Shown in pieces: positions 17,301 to 25,318 of a stretch of DNA of 46,219 nucleotides (its first letter is position 1; every line of letters begins with the position of its first letter). The DNA lies in the IMG/VR virus record IMGVR_UViG_3300037350_000040, positions 1 to 46,219 of that record. One strand, 5' to 3'. The translations under genes and the position numbers were made by a program. The notes below the pieces were generated by a model. It had not been told where the DNA came from, made no database searches, and saw nothing but the letters and a program-made list of their open reading frames with translations. The DNA comes from a virus. Lineage: Duplodnaviria > Caudoviricetes.

Positions 17301-18487
17301 ACGTCTAGCCCCTGGGAGGTGATGTGGTACGTCTCCATGTTGGCGTGGTCGAACGTCCGGTCTTCCTCGGCGGCCTGCACGATGAGGTCGTGCATCTCCT
17401 TGGCTTCCTTCTCGCGCAGGCGCAGCGAGTCGGCGGCGAGCGTCTTCTCGATCCGCTTCGCCATGAAGGTGGGGTTGAGGTTCTTCCGCAGCACCGGGAT
17501 GTCGATGCGACTCATCCCACGCTCGGCCGCGCCTGTGAGGATCTCGTCGTAGAGCTTGGTGGTCGCGATAGCCCGGGGGTTGGGGGCGATCGCCTCACCG
17601 AGCGCGCCGGACTTCATGGTCGAGCGCAGCATCTCCGCCTCGTTCCCGAGCTTCTCCACCGGCTCGGTCAGGAGCTTGCGGATCGGCGTGGTGAACAGGC
17701 GGTTGAACGGGTTGTACGCCTCGGTCGAGGGGATGAAGTGCGAGGCCACGTCGGGGCCGGCCTCCAGTACCCGGTAGGTGGGGCGCGGCAGCAGCCGGCG
17801 AGCGGCCGTCATCGGGCCTGACAGGGACCCAGCCTCCACCAACTGGTCGAGGCCTTGGCGGATCGAGGCGGCCTCGGCTGCCCTGGCCGGCACGCCCGCA
17901 GCCTTCATCGCGGCGGCTGCCTCCTCAGCAGCGGCGAGGGTGTCAGCACCCTTCAGCGCGGTGCGCCCGCCGATCGACGCAGCCTTGGCTCCGAGGGAGG
18001 CAACCGAGGCTGCGTCCAGCCCGAAGGCCAGGGGGTTGTCATACAACTCCTGCAGGAACTCTGAAGCCGGACGTCCACCGGGGGCGAGCGGCCCGTACCG
18101 GTTCACGAGGTCTTGGATGATGACCGACTGGGTCGGGTGGAAGCCTTCCTCGGTGAACCCGCCCATCGCCTTGGCGATCGGGAGCAGGTTCGAGTCCGTC
18201 TCGGCCTTGCCCAGGGTGGCCGCCTCGGCCAGCGCGGACCCTACGTCGCTGACGCCGGCACCGATGATGCTGGCGATCCCCTTGCCCATGTCGGCCACGC
18301 CACCGAGGAGGTTGCCGACCAGTCCCCAGGGGGAGTGCCCGCCGGACTGGTCGGGCTGGATCCCGCGCGCCTGCAGCTGAGCGAGCAGCTGCTCGAGGGT
18401 CGGGTCTACCGCACCCGACGTAGTGCCGAGCGGGGAGGGGAACCCTCCACTAGAGGTCGACCCCAGCGGCGTGGGGAATGGACTCAT
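14303..18487 (-). CDS. Large internal virion / DNA ejection protein (1394 aa)
   Basis: Size, helical composition and position after the nozzle in a podovirus layout; PRWVVNNILGN and VPFWGF motifs. Confidence 0.7.
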   Translation of the reverse strand: MSPFPTPLGSTSSGGFPSPLGTTSGAVDPTLEQLLAQLQARGIQPDQSGGHSPWGLVGNLLGGVADMGKGIASIIGAGVSDVGSALAEAATLGKAETDSNLLPIAKAMGGFTEEGFHPTQSVIIQDLVNRYGPLAPGGRPASEFLQELYDNPLAFGLDAASVASLGAKAASIGGRTALKGADTLAAAEEAAAAMKAAGVPARAAEAASIRQGLDQLVEAGSLSGPMTAARRLLPRPTYRVLEAGPDVASHFIPSTEAYNPFNRLFTTPIRKLLTEPVEKLGNEAEMLRSTMKSGALGEAIAPNPRAIATTKLYDEILTGAAERGMSRIDIPVLRKNLNPTFMAKRIEKTLAADSLRLREKEAKEMHDLIVQAAEEDRTFDHANMETYHITSQGLDVNVDGMRAEPWAEARYGVGGDQGKAISLADAPDMAVNTELAPEVRSVLTEDPLLQRVDAAVERLRDVRARFDDPQMAEWGWDVTREQGAIDRIIRSLNRSLERRAAGYDNPATKLSDHARVIDIENRLPMLENLEATPMSYLNRLYGPIQQKYLTSGERALLAEAPRPDVPPSPAATIPEAPAAAAPLSDEAAMAERFQSSADVKALIPDDHPEVQAARQEIIDAKIKAYGTPRSDTFMAAAKDRAHTAILKKAKAEGRWTKGEELWDGSAPSALQREILADAGVPIERAAPAEAAGAVAEAVPPTPQAAAVLTEEAPPRTLRGIEPDPPDALLLDDAFYGNDLVQPSYFPHIRNEGAKGGSDFFPVKRAAGANILARDPHEARFFGTLMKEGNYITDPMEAFTRRAARRAREVNTYNSWSTRIKRMGRVVTDAEQIPDGWVAVSPDALFLKHRIHMQFIEKLEDYRLNGMDPDAAFAQALDDVGQRTLDDLDTLLGEGKPQVYAIPKALDEEMGAAAKWARAGGGKYVRAAYDPFMNTWRSLVLTGSPRWVVNNILGNTVMGAMQGVKVADVARILGERLRALFAKWAQDKPWLAGVADAFGPPELREKSLAARVETLPYEGLTGSGFFGKNNLEQYRPNLGKDAAETKIGRFVQGTRTPGTKANTALTLPRRFSDAVRSLNGEIEASFREASFLTAVEKQQGRNAIQRTGRTFWKSDRRINDIMKNGYDEAAARAAVEEVDHFFGNYTALGPFERHVIRRWLVPFWGFYKHTVKLMMTFPVQYPLRAQVLRGLTLATQEMIKEYGPLPSWLESAIPLSPPGGEVSFLRTAGANPFTGMFEDPTQMLSPAIKMFLEQSTGKDMFTGEGFTDANTYTPFGSDQAYNLQTLQPVAAPRPGILEHLLSQVPQYDMLKKAVAGGTTYDTATLLDALQGKGVILDPDTGEPKYPQSVIEQLQKLSGFNTQPYDVGAYQEMLTEDQKAALTEALKRMAAQEMAS

Positions 18488-19416
18488 CCGAAGTTGCTCG
18501 CCGCGCCGCCGAGGGAGCCGGTCAGCATCCTAAGCAGATCCTCGAGCTTGCCCTGGCTCGGCCCTCGAGGCGGTGGGTTCGGAGCACCGCCTCCGCCCGC
18601 CCCCAGCAGGCTCGCGGCTCCACCCATGATCCCGCCACCGAGGCGGCCAACATCGTCGGCGATCTTCGGCAGGCCGGCGAGCAACTGGGGTCCTGAGGAC
18701 ATCCCGCCGGTCAGGCTCGACATCACCATCCCGGGACCGCCCCCGATCAGCTGCTCGAGGATGCTGGGGTCGCCGCCCCCTGGCTGAGCCGTAGGAGACG
18801 TCATCTCCGGCGCCGCTGCGCCTGCCTCTCCCGCTGCGGCGCCTGCGGTCACAGGAACGTCGACCTGATCAGGGTTCACCGCCGCTGCCTGGAAGAGCTT
18901 CCCGTACAGGTCGAAGGCTGCCGCCTGCTGCTCGGCCGGAACCCCCATCGCCCTGAGCGTCGCCATGTACCCCATGCGCGCGTCGTGCAGGGTCGTGGTC
19001 CCGGTCTGGGCGGCCGTCGTGGCATAGGACTGGATCGAGTCCACCGCCGACTGGTCAAGGTTGCCCGTCCCCCCTCCGCCGCCACCGACGAGCGGCTGCA
19101 GCGAGCCGACCGCAGCGTCCAGCCCCTGGTCGAACTTGGGCTTGGCGAGCGCGGGGTTCATCGCCTGGTAGGACCCGACGAGGGCATCGAGGCCGGCCGG
19201 GTCCACGCCGGGGGTCGTGGCGTAGGACTGCAGGTTCGAGATCGCGTCCTGCATCATCTGCTGGTTCATCGCCTGGCGCTCGGCCTGACGCTGGACCGCC
19301 CCGGACTGCAGCCCCGAGAAGATCTGGAACGCCGTGCTCGGGTCGGCCTTCGCCAGCCCCGAGGACAGGAGCGCCTCCAGCTGGCTCTGTTCGTAGGGTC
19401 GGTAGTTCACCATCAC
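18484..19416 (-). CDS. Putative internal virion/ejection protein
   Basis: A/G/Q-rich; coupled to the large ejection gene. Confidence 0.6.
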   Translation of the reverse strand: MMVNYRPYEQSQLEALLSSGLAKADPSTAFQIFSGLQSGAVQRQAERQAMNQQMMQDAISNLQSYATTPGVDPAGLDALVGSYQAMNPALAKPKFDQGLDAAVGSLQPLVGGGGGGTGNLDQSAVDSIQSYATTAAQTGTTTLHDARMGYMATLRAMGVPAEQQAAAFDLYGKLFQAAAVNPDQVDVPVTAGAAAGEAGAAAPEMTSPTAQPGGGDPSILEQLIGGGPGMVMSSLTGGMSSGPQLLAGLPKIADDVGRLGGGIMGGAASLLGAGGGGAPNPPPRGPSQGKLEDLLRMLTGSLGGAASNFG

Positions 19417-20666
19417 TTACCTCCCCACATGTTCGAGCGACTGATGTACAGGAGCATCTGGCGCAGTTCCTTCTCGCCGGGGTTCGCGGTCGGAGGGAGT
19501 CTCCCCCCTGCCTGGCGGTACTGCTGCATGATCACGTCCCGCTTCGCCTTGAGCATCGTGTCGATCTCACGCTTCTGGGCGGGCGTGAGGGTCTTGTACG
19601 CCTTGACTCCATTGATGATGTTCCCGAAGAGGCCGCCGATGCCAGCCCCCGCGCCTACTCCGGCTCCGACCCCTCCGCCAGCGCCTGCACCGGCACCGAT
19701 CGAACCGTCTCCGTTCGGGTGACGTCGACCGCCACCGCCACCGCCACCGCCACCCCCGCCGGGGTTCCAGCCGCCGCCTCCACCGCCGCCACCGTTCATG
19801 CCGTCGATGACCGACTGGAGGTAGGAGTACATCGCCTTGTCGCCCTTGGCCTGGGCCGCTGCCGCAGCCGCGCGGAGGCCGAACTCCTTGTTCGCCATCT
19901 CACGCTGCCACCGCTCGTCCCGCAGTTCGCCGAGGCGCTGGCGGATGAGGGCCGGCGTCTCTGAGGTGAGGTCGAGCTTGCGTTGGGTGATCTGGTCGAG
20001 CAGATCCTGATAGTCCTGCAGGTAGTTCCTCGAGGCCGTCATCCCCTCGATGCCGCCCTGGCGCACCGCCGAGGTGTTGTAGTCGACGTTGCGCGCGCGA
20101 TCGGAGGCGAGCGTCTCGAGCGCCCCGGTCCCCTGAGCGCCGACCGAGTTGGTCCCGGCCACGATCTCGGACTGAGGCACACCCTCGACGGAGGAACCGA
20201 GCAGGTTCGCGAGGCTCCCGATCTGGTTCGTCAGGTCGCCGGCGATCTCGGTGTTCTGAGTGCGGTAGTCACCGGTCAGGGGCTGCAGCTGCTTGACGAG
20301 CGCCCCGTAGATGTCCCCCACCCGGCCAGCGTCGGACTCGTACTGCTGCTGCGCCTCGAGCTTCGCGCGCTCGATCGCGTCCAGCATCGGCTGATAGGAG
20401 GCCATCACGTCGTTCGTGGCGCGACGCCGCATCTTCGCGGCCGGCTTCAGTTGCTTGCCGCCGCCTCCGGGCTTGCCGCCTCCACCGCCGCCGCCGCCGC
20501 CCCCGCCTCCGGGCTTCCAGCTGGGCTGCCACGTCGGCTGCCAGTTCCCGCCGCCGGTATTCGGGCCACCCTGGGGCTGGGGATGCACGGTGGGGTCGGG
20601 GCGCGGGTCGGTGCCTGGGATCGGCGCTCGGTACGCGCTGGAGAGTCGACGCTTCTTCTTCGCCAT
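19413..20666 (-). CDS. Putative internal virion/ejection protein with poly-Gly tracts
   Basis: Basic N-terminus, coiled-coil core, Gly runs; AAGGAG RBS. Confidence 0.6.
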   Translation of the reverse strand: MAKKKRRLSSAYRAPIPGTDPRPDPTVHPQPQGGPNTGGGNWQPTWQPSWKPGGGGGGGGGGGGKPGGGGKQLKPAAKMRRRATNDVMASYQPMLDAIERAKLEAQQQYESDAGRVGDIYGALVKQLQPLTGDYRTQNTEIAGDLTNQIGSLANLLGSSVEGVPQSEIVAGTNSVGAQGTGALETLASDRARNVDYNTSAVRQGGIEGMTASRNYLQDYQDLLDQITQRKLDLTSETPALIRQRLGELRDERWQREMANKEFGLRAAAAAAQAKGDKAMYSYLQSVIDGMNGGGGGGGGWNPGGGGGGGGGGGRRHPNGDGSIGAGAGAGGGVGAGVGAGAGIGGLFGNIINGVKAYKTLTPAQKREIDTMLKAKRDVIMQQYRQAGGRLPPTANPGEKELRQMLLYISRSNMWGGK

Positions 20667-20675
20667 GGAGGCTCC

Positions 20676-21719
20676 TTAGGAGTTCGGGGTGACGGCATAC
20701 TGCGACGCCGCCTGCCGCTGTGCGAGGGCGAGGAGGGCTTCCATCAGCCCCTGGCTGTACTGAGACTGAGCCTCGGACTCCTGCTGCGAGAGGCCGCTCA
20801 TGGCCTGCGCGACCTGGGAGGCGAGATCCTGGCGCTGCCGGAGGTAGTCGGTGCCGAGGTAGCCCTGGTCACGGACCTGAACCCCGCCACCGAAGGCGCC
20901 GCGCGACGCCAGCTGCTCGAGCAGGCGGTTCGTGTCGACCCCTTCGTTCGTGCTCAGGCGAGCCTCTTGCAGCGCACGATCGGCGCCGACCTGCTCACGC
21001 TGGGGGTTGATGTAGCCCAGGCGGGCCATCAGTGCGTCGTTCAGCTGACGGCGCTGGGCCTCGAAGTACGCGTCGAGGGGAAGGTTGTCGGGGATCCCGT
21101 CGCCGTTCGCGTCACCCCCGCCGCCACCTCCGCCCGGGGGTGGAGTGCCGCCGCCTCCGCCCTGGCCGGGAGGACGCCCGGGGAGCGTGGGGATTCCTCC
21201 GCCGCCGCCTCCTCCACCACTCTGGTCGCCGCCACCGACGTAGCGGAACCGACCGGTGTTCTTGTTGTACTCCCATCCGTGCTGGGACCACCAGTCGAGG
21301 TGCTCGAGGGGGTTCCTCGGCCCTTCGTAGGTGTCCTTCATGAACGCGTTCGGGTTGATCTGGGTCACGGGTCCGGGCTGACCACCCACCGGACCACCCT
21401 GGGGTCCCGGCGCGGGCTCCTGCTGGTTCCCGAACACAGGACCCGGAGCACTGCCGCCCGGGAGCGTGTGCTGGTTCGTCGTCTGACCGGGCAGGTTCCC
21501 CGTCAGCCCGAGCGCGCGGCCGGGAGGCACGAGTGCCCCGTTCCAGCCGACGCGACGTCGGACGGGGACGCCACCGTCGACCATGGGCTTGCCCATGAGG
21601 CCGACTCCGTTGTTGCGGACGACGCCGCCCGGGGAGGCGGCTCGACGCTTGATCATCTGAGGCAGGGTGGGCACCGCGAGCTTGCGGCGTCGCGGCTTGG
21701 AGTCGGATGGGTAGGCCAT
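20676..21719 (-). CDS. Putative internal virion/ejection protein
   Basis: Basic/Pro/Gly N-terminus; C-terminal coiled coil with LASRGAFGGG motif. Confidence 0.6.
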   Translation of the reverse strand: MAYPSDSKPRRRKLAVPTLPQMIKRRAASPGGVVRNNGVGLMGKPMVDGGVPVRRRVGWNGALVPPGRALGLTGNLPGQTTNQHTLPGGSAPGPVFGNQQEPAPGPQGGPVGGQPGPVTQINPNAFMKDTYEGPRNPLEHLDWWSQHGWEYNKNTGRFRYVGGGDQSGGGGGGGGIPTLPGRPPGQGGGGGTPPPGGGGGGGDANGDGIPDNLPLDAYFEAQRRQLNDALMARLGYINPQREQVGADRALQEARLSTNEGVDTNRLLEQLASRGAFGGGVQVRDQGYLGTDYLRQRQDLASQVAQAMSGLSQQESEAQSQYSQGLMEALLALAQRQAASQYAVTPNS

Positions 21720-21727
21720 GGGTTCTC

Positions 21728-21892
21728 CTAGATCCCGAGGGTCTTCTCGACCGAGTTGGCAGCGATTCGCAGGATGGTGGGGACCGAGAGGATGTTGAGG
21801 TCGCCGAACGTATCGACCTTGACCTCTTCACCGTTGATGATCGACACGATCACCCCGGGGGTCGTGGTCGTCTCTTCGAGCGTCTCTTCCAT
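21728..21892 (-). CDS. Small hypothetical protein
   Basis: AAGGAGAG RBS; MEETLEETTTTPG... Confidence 0.6.
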   Translation of the reverse strand: MEETLEETTTTPGVIVSIINGEEVKVDTFGDLNILSVPTILRIAANSVEKTLGI

Positions 21893-21900
21893 CTCTCTCC

Positions 21901-22902
21901 TTACGCGGGACCGAGGAACACGAGAGCGAGCCGCCCCGTGGTGTTCAGGCCGGCCCCCGAGTTGTGGAACACGCGGAGCCGGACACCCTGGGCAGCGTTC
22001 AGGTCGAACACGTCGCTGACCAGGCAGGTCGTTGGGTTGTTCGCGATCGGGGCAGCGGAGGCGAAGCTCGCGCCCTGCAGAGCGTTCCAACTTGAGTACG
22101 GGGAGTCCGCCTTCTGCACCTCGATGTAGCGCCGGCCGTCGGGGTCGGTGGCGAACGAGGCTTGGGCGATCACGAGGTACTGACCGGTGAACGGGACGAT
22201 GACGTAGGTGTTCGACCCGTTCCAGTAGCTGTCGGTGTCCGAGTCCTCGGTCACCCAGTCCATCGTCGTCTCGGTGTCGTTCGAGATGGTCGAGCCGGCG
22301 CCGTTGCGGATCTTCACCCGGCTCAGTCCGTTCGACCGGATGATCGGCGTGCCGTTCGTGTCTTGGATCGTGCCAGCCAGGAGAACGTTCCCAGAGGTGT
22401 CCATCCTGAAGAAGGTGCTCGAGCCGTTCCAGTAGCGCAGCGGGTAGGTCGCGTCACCGATCTCCACCCGGTAGCCACTCGAGGGCGCCCGGATCAGACC
22501 GGACACATCGAGGGTGCCCGTGATCGATCCGCCCGAGGCGTTGATCGTCCCGGTGAATGAGCCGCTCGTGGCGGTGATAGCTCCGTTCACGATGACGTTG
22601 CCGGCGGTGTCTACCGAGAGCTTCGTCGTGGTGCCGTTCCAGTACCGCAGCGGGAAGGAGGCGTTGCCGAGTTCGATCCGGTAGCCGGTGGCCGAGGGGG
22701 ACTGGATCAGACCTGTAACGAGCACGGTCGAGGAGAGCGTGCCTGCCGTGATCTTGTCCGCCGACAGTTCGATGATCTGCGCCGAGGAGATGTGGGGGGA
22801 CGCGAGGAAGTCCTCGATGCTCCGGTAGTTCCGGCGATGGAACCCCTCGTCCTGCTTGAACCCGGTCTTGACCGGGATGACGAGGGTGTTGACCTCGGTC
22901 AT
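21901..22902 (-). CDS. Tail needle/fibre with C-terminal C1q/TNF-like head
   Basis: ADKITAGT beta repeats, duplicated PLRYWNG unit, IVPFTGQYLVIAQ. Confidence 0.65.
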   Translation of the reverse strand: MTEVNTLVIPVKTGFKQDEGFHRRNYRSIEDFLASPHISSAQIIELSADKITAGTLSSTVLVTGLIQSPSATGYRIELGNASFPLRYWNGTTTKLSVDTAGNVIVNGAITATSGSFTGTINASGGSITGTLDVSGLIRAPSSGYRVEIGDATYPLRYWNGSSTFFRMDTSGNVLLAGTIQDTNGTPIIRSNGLSRVKIRNGAGSTISNDTETTMDWVTEDSDTDSYWNGSNTYVIVPFTGQYLVIAQASFATDPDGRRYIEVQKADSPYSSWNALQGASFASAAPIANNPTTCLVSDVFDLNAAQGVRLRVFHNSGAGLNTTGRLALVFLGPA

Positions 22903-24356
22903 CGGAGTTCGTCCTCCTCGATCTCGAGGGCCGCCTTCTCGATGTCGAACTGGCTCGTCTCGCCGGCGAGCAGCGACTGGGTCAGTTCGAACCGGGAGGC
23001 GAACTTGCCCGAGCGTCCGATCCCGAGGCGCTCGCGGTACACGCCGGTGCCGGGGTAGGGGCCGATCTCCTTGGTCAGGGTGACCTCGCCCAACTCGTCG
23101 TAGACGTTCAGGGTGATGGGCGTCTCCGTCTCATCCCCGCCGCGCTGGCGAAGGATCAGGTCAAGCTGCATCACGGTGTAGGGACGGCTCGGCCCGGTGA
23201 GGAACATGTCGCCGGTCGAGGCCGTGTAGGTCACACCAGTATTCTCCGGCATCTGCCGGGTCCCGCCAGGCTCGCCTCGGTAGAGGAGGATCGAGTTGGC
23301 CGCTGCCTGCTTCGTGCCGGCCAGGAGATAGCCAGCCTGGGTGAAGACGACGTTGGGACCCTCCACCGTGTCGTCCACGTCCTGCGTCGACCACGCCTGC
23401 GAGCGCGTGTCGTACCGCCAGATCTGCCCCGACCCTCCGTCGCACATATAGACGACGCCGTCGATGTAGCAACCCGTCATGAAGCTCCCGGTCATCCCGT
23501 AGGAGTTCTCCACCGGTTGCGAGATCGGTTCGAAGCCGCCACCCGTGAAGTTGTAGATCCGCTCACGGCCGATGGCGATGATGCCTGAAGGGGTCGGGAC
23601 GAGGGTGCGGCCGGGGGCCAGACCCCCGCCGTCGATCTTGCGCCAGGAGAAGGTGTCAGGGCCGAACCCGCTCATGTACCAGATCGAGTTCTCCTTGCCG
23701 ATGAACAGCGACCGGTCGAAGGAGCAGAAGTCCTCGATCGGCTCGCCGTCTTCCTGGCCGATGGGCTGGAAGTTCGTGGAGGTGTTCCATGTGGTGTAGG
23801 AGCCAAGCTCGCTCCACCGCTGGATCGTCGGCTCGGAGTCCGACCCTCCCGTGAAGAACCGGTTGTTGTGGTAGATCAGCGCGCGGCCGGCGAGCGCGAT
23901 CGTAGCGGCGTTCCCTGCGCTCGAGCCGTTCCAGTAGCGGATGTAGGCGCTGGGGTACGACGTCGCGGCCGAGAGCAGCACCCCGGCGCCGGCGGCGAAC
24001 GAGACGAGGCCGCCGGAACCAGACACCGTAAGGTTGTCGAAGTTCGACCACGTGCCCGCCGACAGGTTCCCCTTCGCCAGCGCCCACAGCTTGTAGTGGG
24101 TCGCGTCGCTCGCCTGCGCCACGATGTAGCGGGCGCCCCCGGAGGGGACGTAGTAGCCCAGGCCCCGCGAGGTTCGGGTGTCTGTCAGGCTGGCCGCGCT
24201 CGCGGACTCCCACCCGCGCGCGACCCGCAGCGACCCGTTCTCCTCCGGCACCCAGTTCCGCATCTCCTTCGCGAACCCCTGGGGTAGCGAGGAGGATTCG
24301 AAGAACTCGTTGACCCCCTTGCTGAAGTCGAGGTCGACGGTCGCTGGGCGTCCCAT
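22899..24356 (-). CDS. Tail nozzle/stabilisation protein (P22 gp10 / T7 gp12-like beta-propeller)
   Basis: DFSKGVN..., N...ENGSL...GW, HNNRFF...RWSELG...W, LFIGKENSIW; follows the adaptor. Confidence 0.75.
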   Translation of the reverse strand: MGRPATVDLDFSKGVNEFFESSSLPQGFAKEMRNWVPEENGSLRVARGWESASAASLTDTRTSRGLGYYVPSGGARYIVAQASDATHYKLWALAKGNLSAGTWSNFDNLTVSGSGGLVSFAAGAGVLLSAATSYPSAYIRYWNGSSAGNAATIALAGRALIYHNNRFFTGGSDSEPTIQRWSELGSYTTWNTSTNFQPIGQEDGEPIEDFCSFDRSLFIGKENSIWYMSGFGPDTFSWRKIDGGGLAPGRTLVPTPSGIIAIGRERIYNFTGGGFEPISQPVENSYGMTGSFMTGCYIDGVVYMCDGGSGQIWRYDTRSQAWSTQDVDDTVEGPNVVFTQAGYLLAGTKQAAANSILLYRGEPGGTRQMPENTGVTYTASTGDMFLTGPSRPYTVMQLDLILRQRGGDETETPITLNVYDELGEVTLTKEIGPYPGTGVYRERLGIGRSGKFASRFELTQSLLAGETSQFDIEKAALEIEEDELR

Positions 24357-25015
24357 CAGATGTGCTGGGGGTCGTCCGCGTCCACGTAGGAGGCAGGACG
24401 GTCGAAGGGGCCAGGATCGATCGTCATCGTGAACGGCGCCGGCATGTTCCCTCGCGTGATGGGCAGGTCCGTCTCGTAGCGCGCGAGCCAGCGGTCCGAG
24501 GAAGCCGGGTCATCCTTCTGCATGTACGCCTGCGCGAGCGCGTAGTACGTGAGGCGGGGGACCCACTCGAACGGGAGCGTCGGCACGTCGTCGTCGGAGT
24601 CCATCAGCGGGGGATAGCCCACGTAGAAGATCTCCAGCGTCGAGGTGTCCGCCGGCGTCGGGTACATCTCGATCTGCCGATTGGTCGAGAAGTCATCGAA
24701 GATCCGGTAGACCGTCTGGGAGGGCGTCAGCGCCGAGTCGACCCACGAGTAGAAGACCTCGTCGGACACACGATCGAGCGTCTCGGCCCCGTCGAGGCGC
24801 ACCTCGAGGATCAGCTGCAGGTCCGTAGGGAGCGCCGCGAGGCCGGACCCGATCACGACGCCGGACTCGACCCGCTGGTACAGCCGCAGTCGCACGGATA
24901 GATCGGTGAGCGCGTCGTTCAGCCAGGACTTGATCAGGTCCGTCTCGTAGAAGTCGTGCTCGGAATCCCGCAGGTGTGCGTAGACGCGATTCTGAAGCTC
25001 GAGGAAGGTCGTCAT
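24356..25015 (-). CDS. Head-tail adaptor (gatekeeper-like)
   Basis: MTTFLELQNRV...WLNDA...ALPTDL...YPTP...DDDVP.LP.EW...L.YYALAQAY. Confidence 0.75.
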   Translation of the reverse strand: MTTFLELQNRVYAHLRDSEHDFYETDLIKSWLNDALTDLSVRLRLYQRVESGVVIGSGLAALPTDLQLILEVRLDGAETLDRVSDEVFYSWVDSALTPSQTVYRIFDDFSTNRQIEMYPTPADTSTLEIFYVGYPPLMDSDDDVPTLPFEWVPRLTYYALAQAYMQKDDPASSDRWLARYETDLPITRGNMPAPFTMTIDPGPFDRPASYVDADDPQHI

Positions 25016-25302
25016 ACGAACGCGCTGCTCCTCACGAGGATCTCGCCCTCATCGGCCCCCGTGCACGACCCCGTCGTCACCCAGCGCCAGAGCCACGTCC
25101 CCTCGACCGGCAGCGCCAGGTCGAAGGAGTAGATACCGGTGCCGTCCTTGGTGACCTCGGCAGCCGAGTAGGTGTAGCTCGACTGCGCGCCGAGAGGGTC
25201 GATGATCTGGAGGGTGACGGTCGTCGGATCGGTCAGCACCCCGGTTACCTTGCAGGTCGCCTGAACGTGCGCCATCTCACCGACTTGGAATCGCTTCGCC
25301 AT
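25012..25302 (-). CDS. Small Ig-like structural protein
   Basis: DPTTVTL...P.G...TGIY......GTW.WRW pattern. Confidence 0.6.
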   Translation of the reverse strand: MAKRFQVGEMAHVQATCKVTGVLTDPTTVTLQIIDPLGAQSSYTYSAAEVTKDGTGIYSFDLALPVEGTWLWRWVTTGSCTGADEGEILVRSSAFV

Positions 25303-25318
25303 ACGCTCAGCCTCTCTG

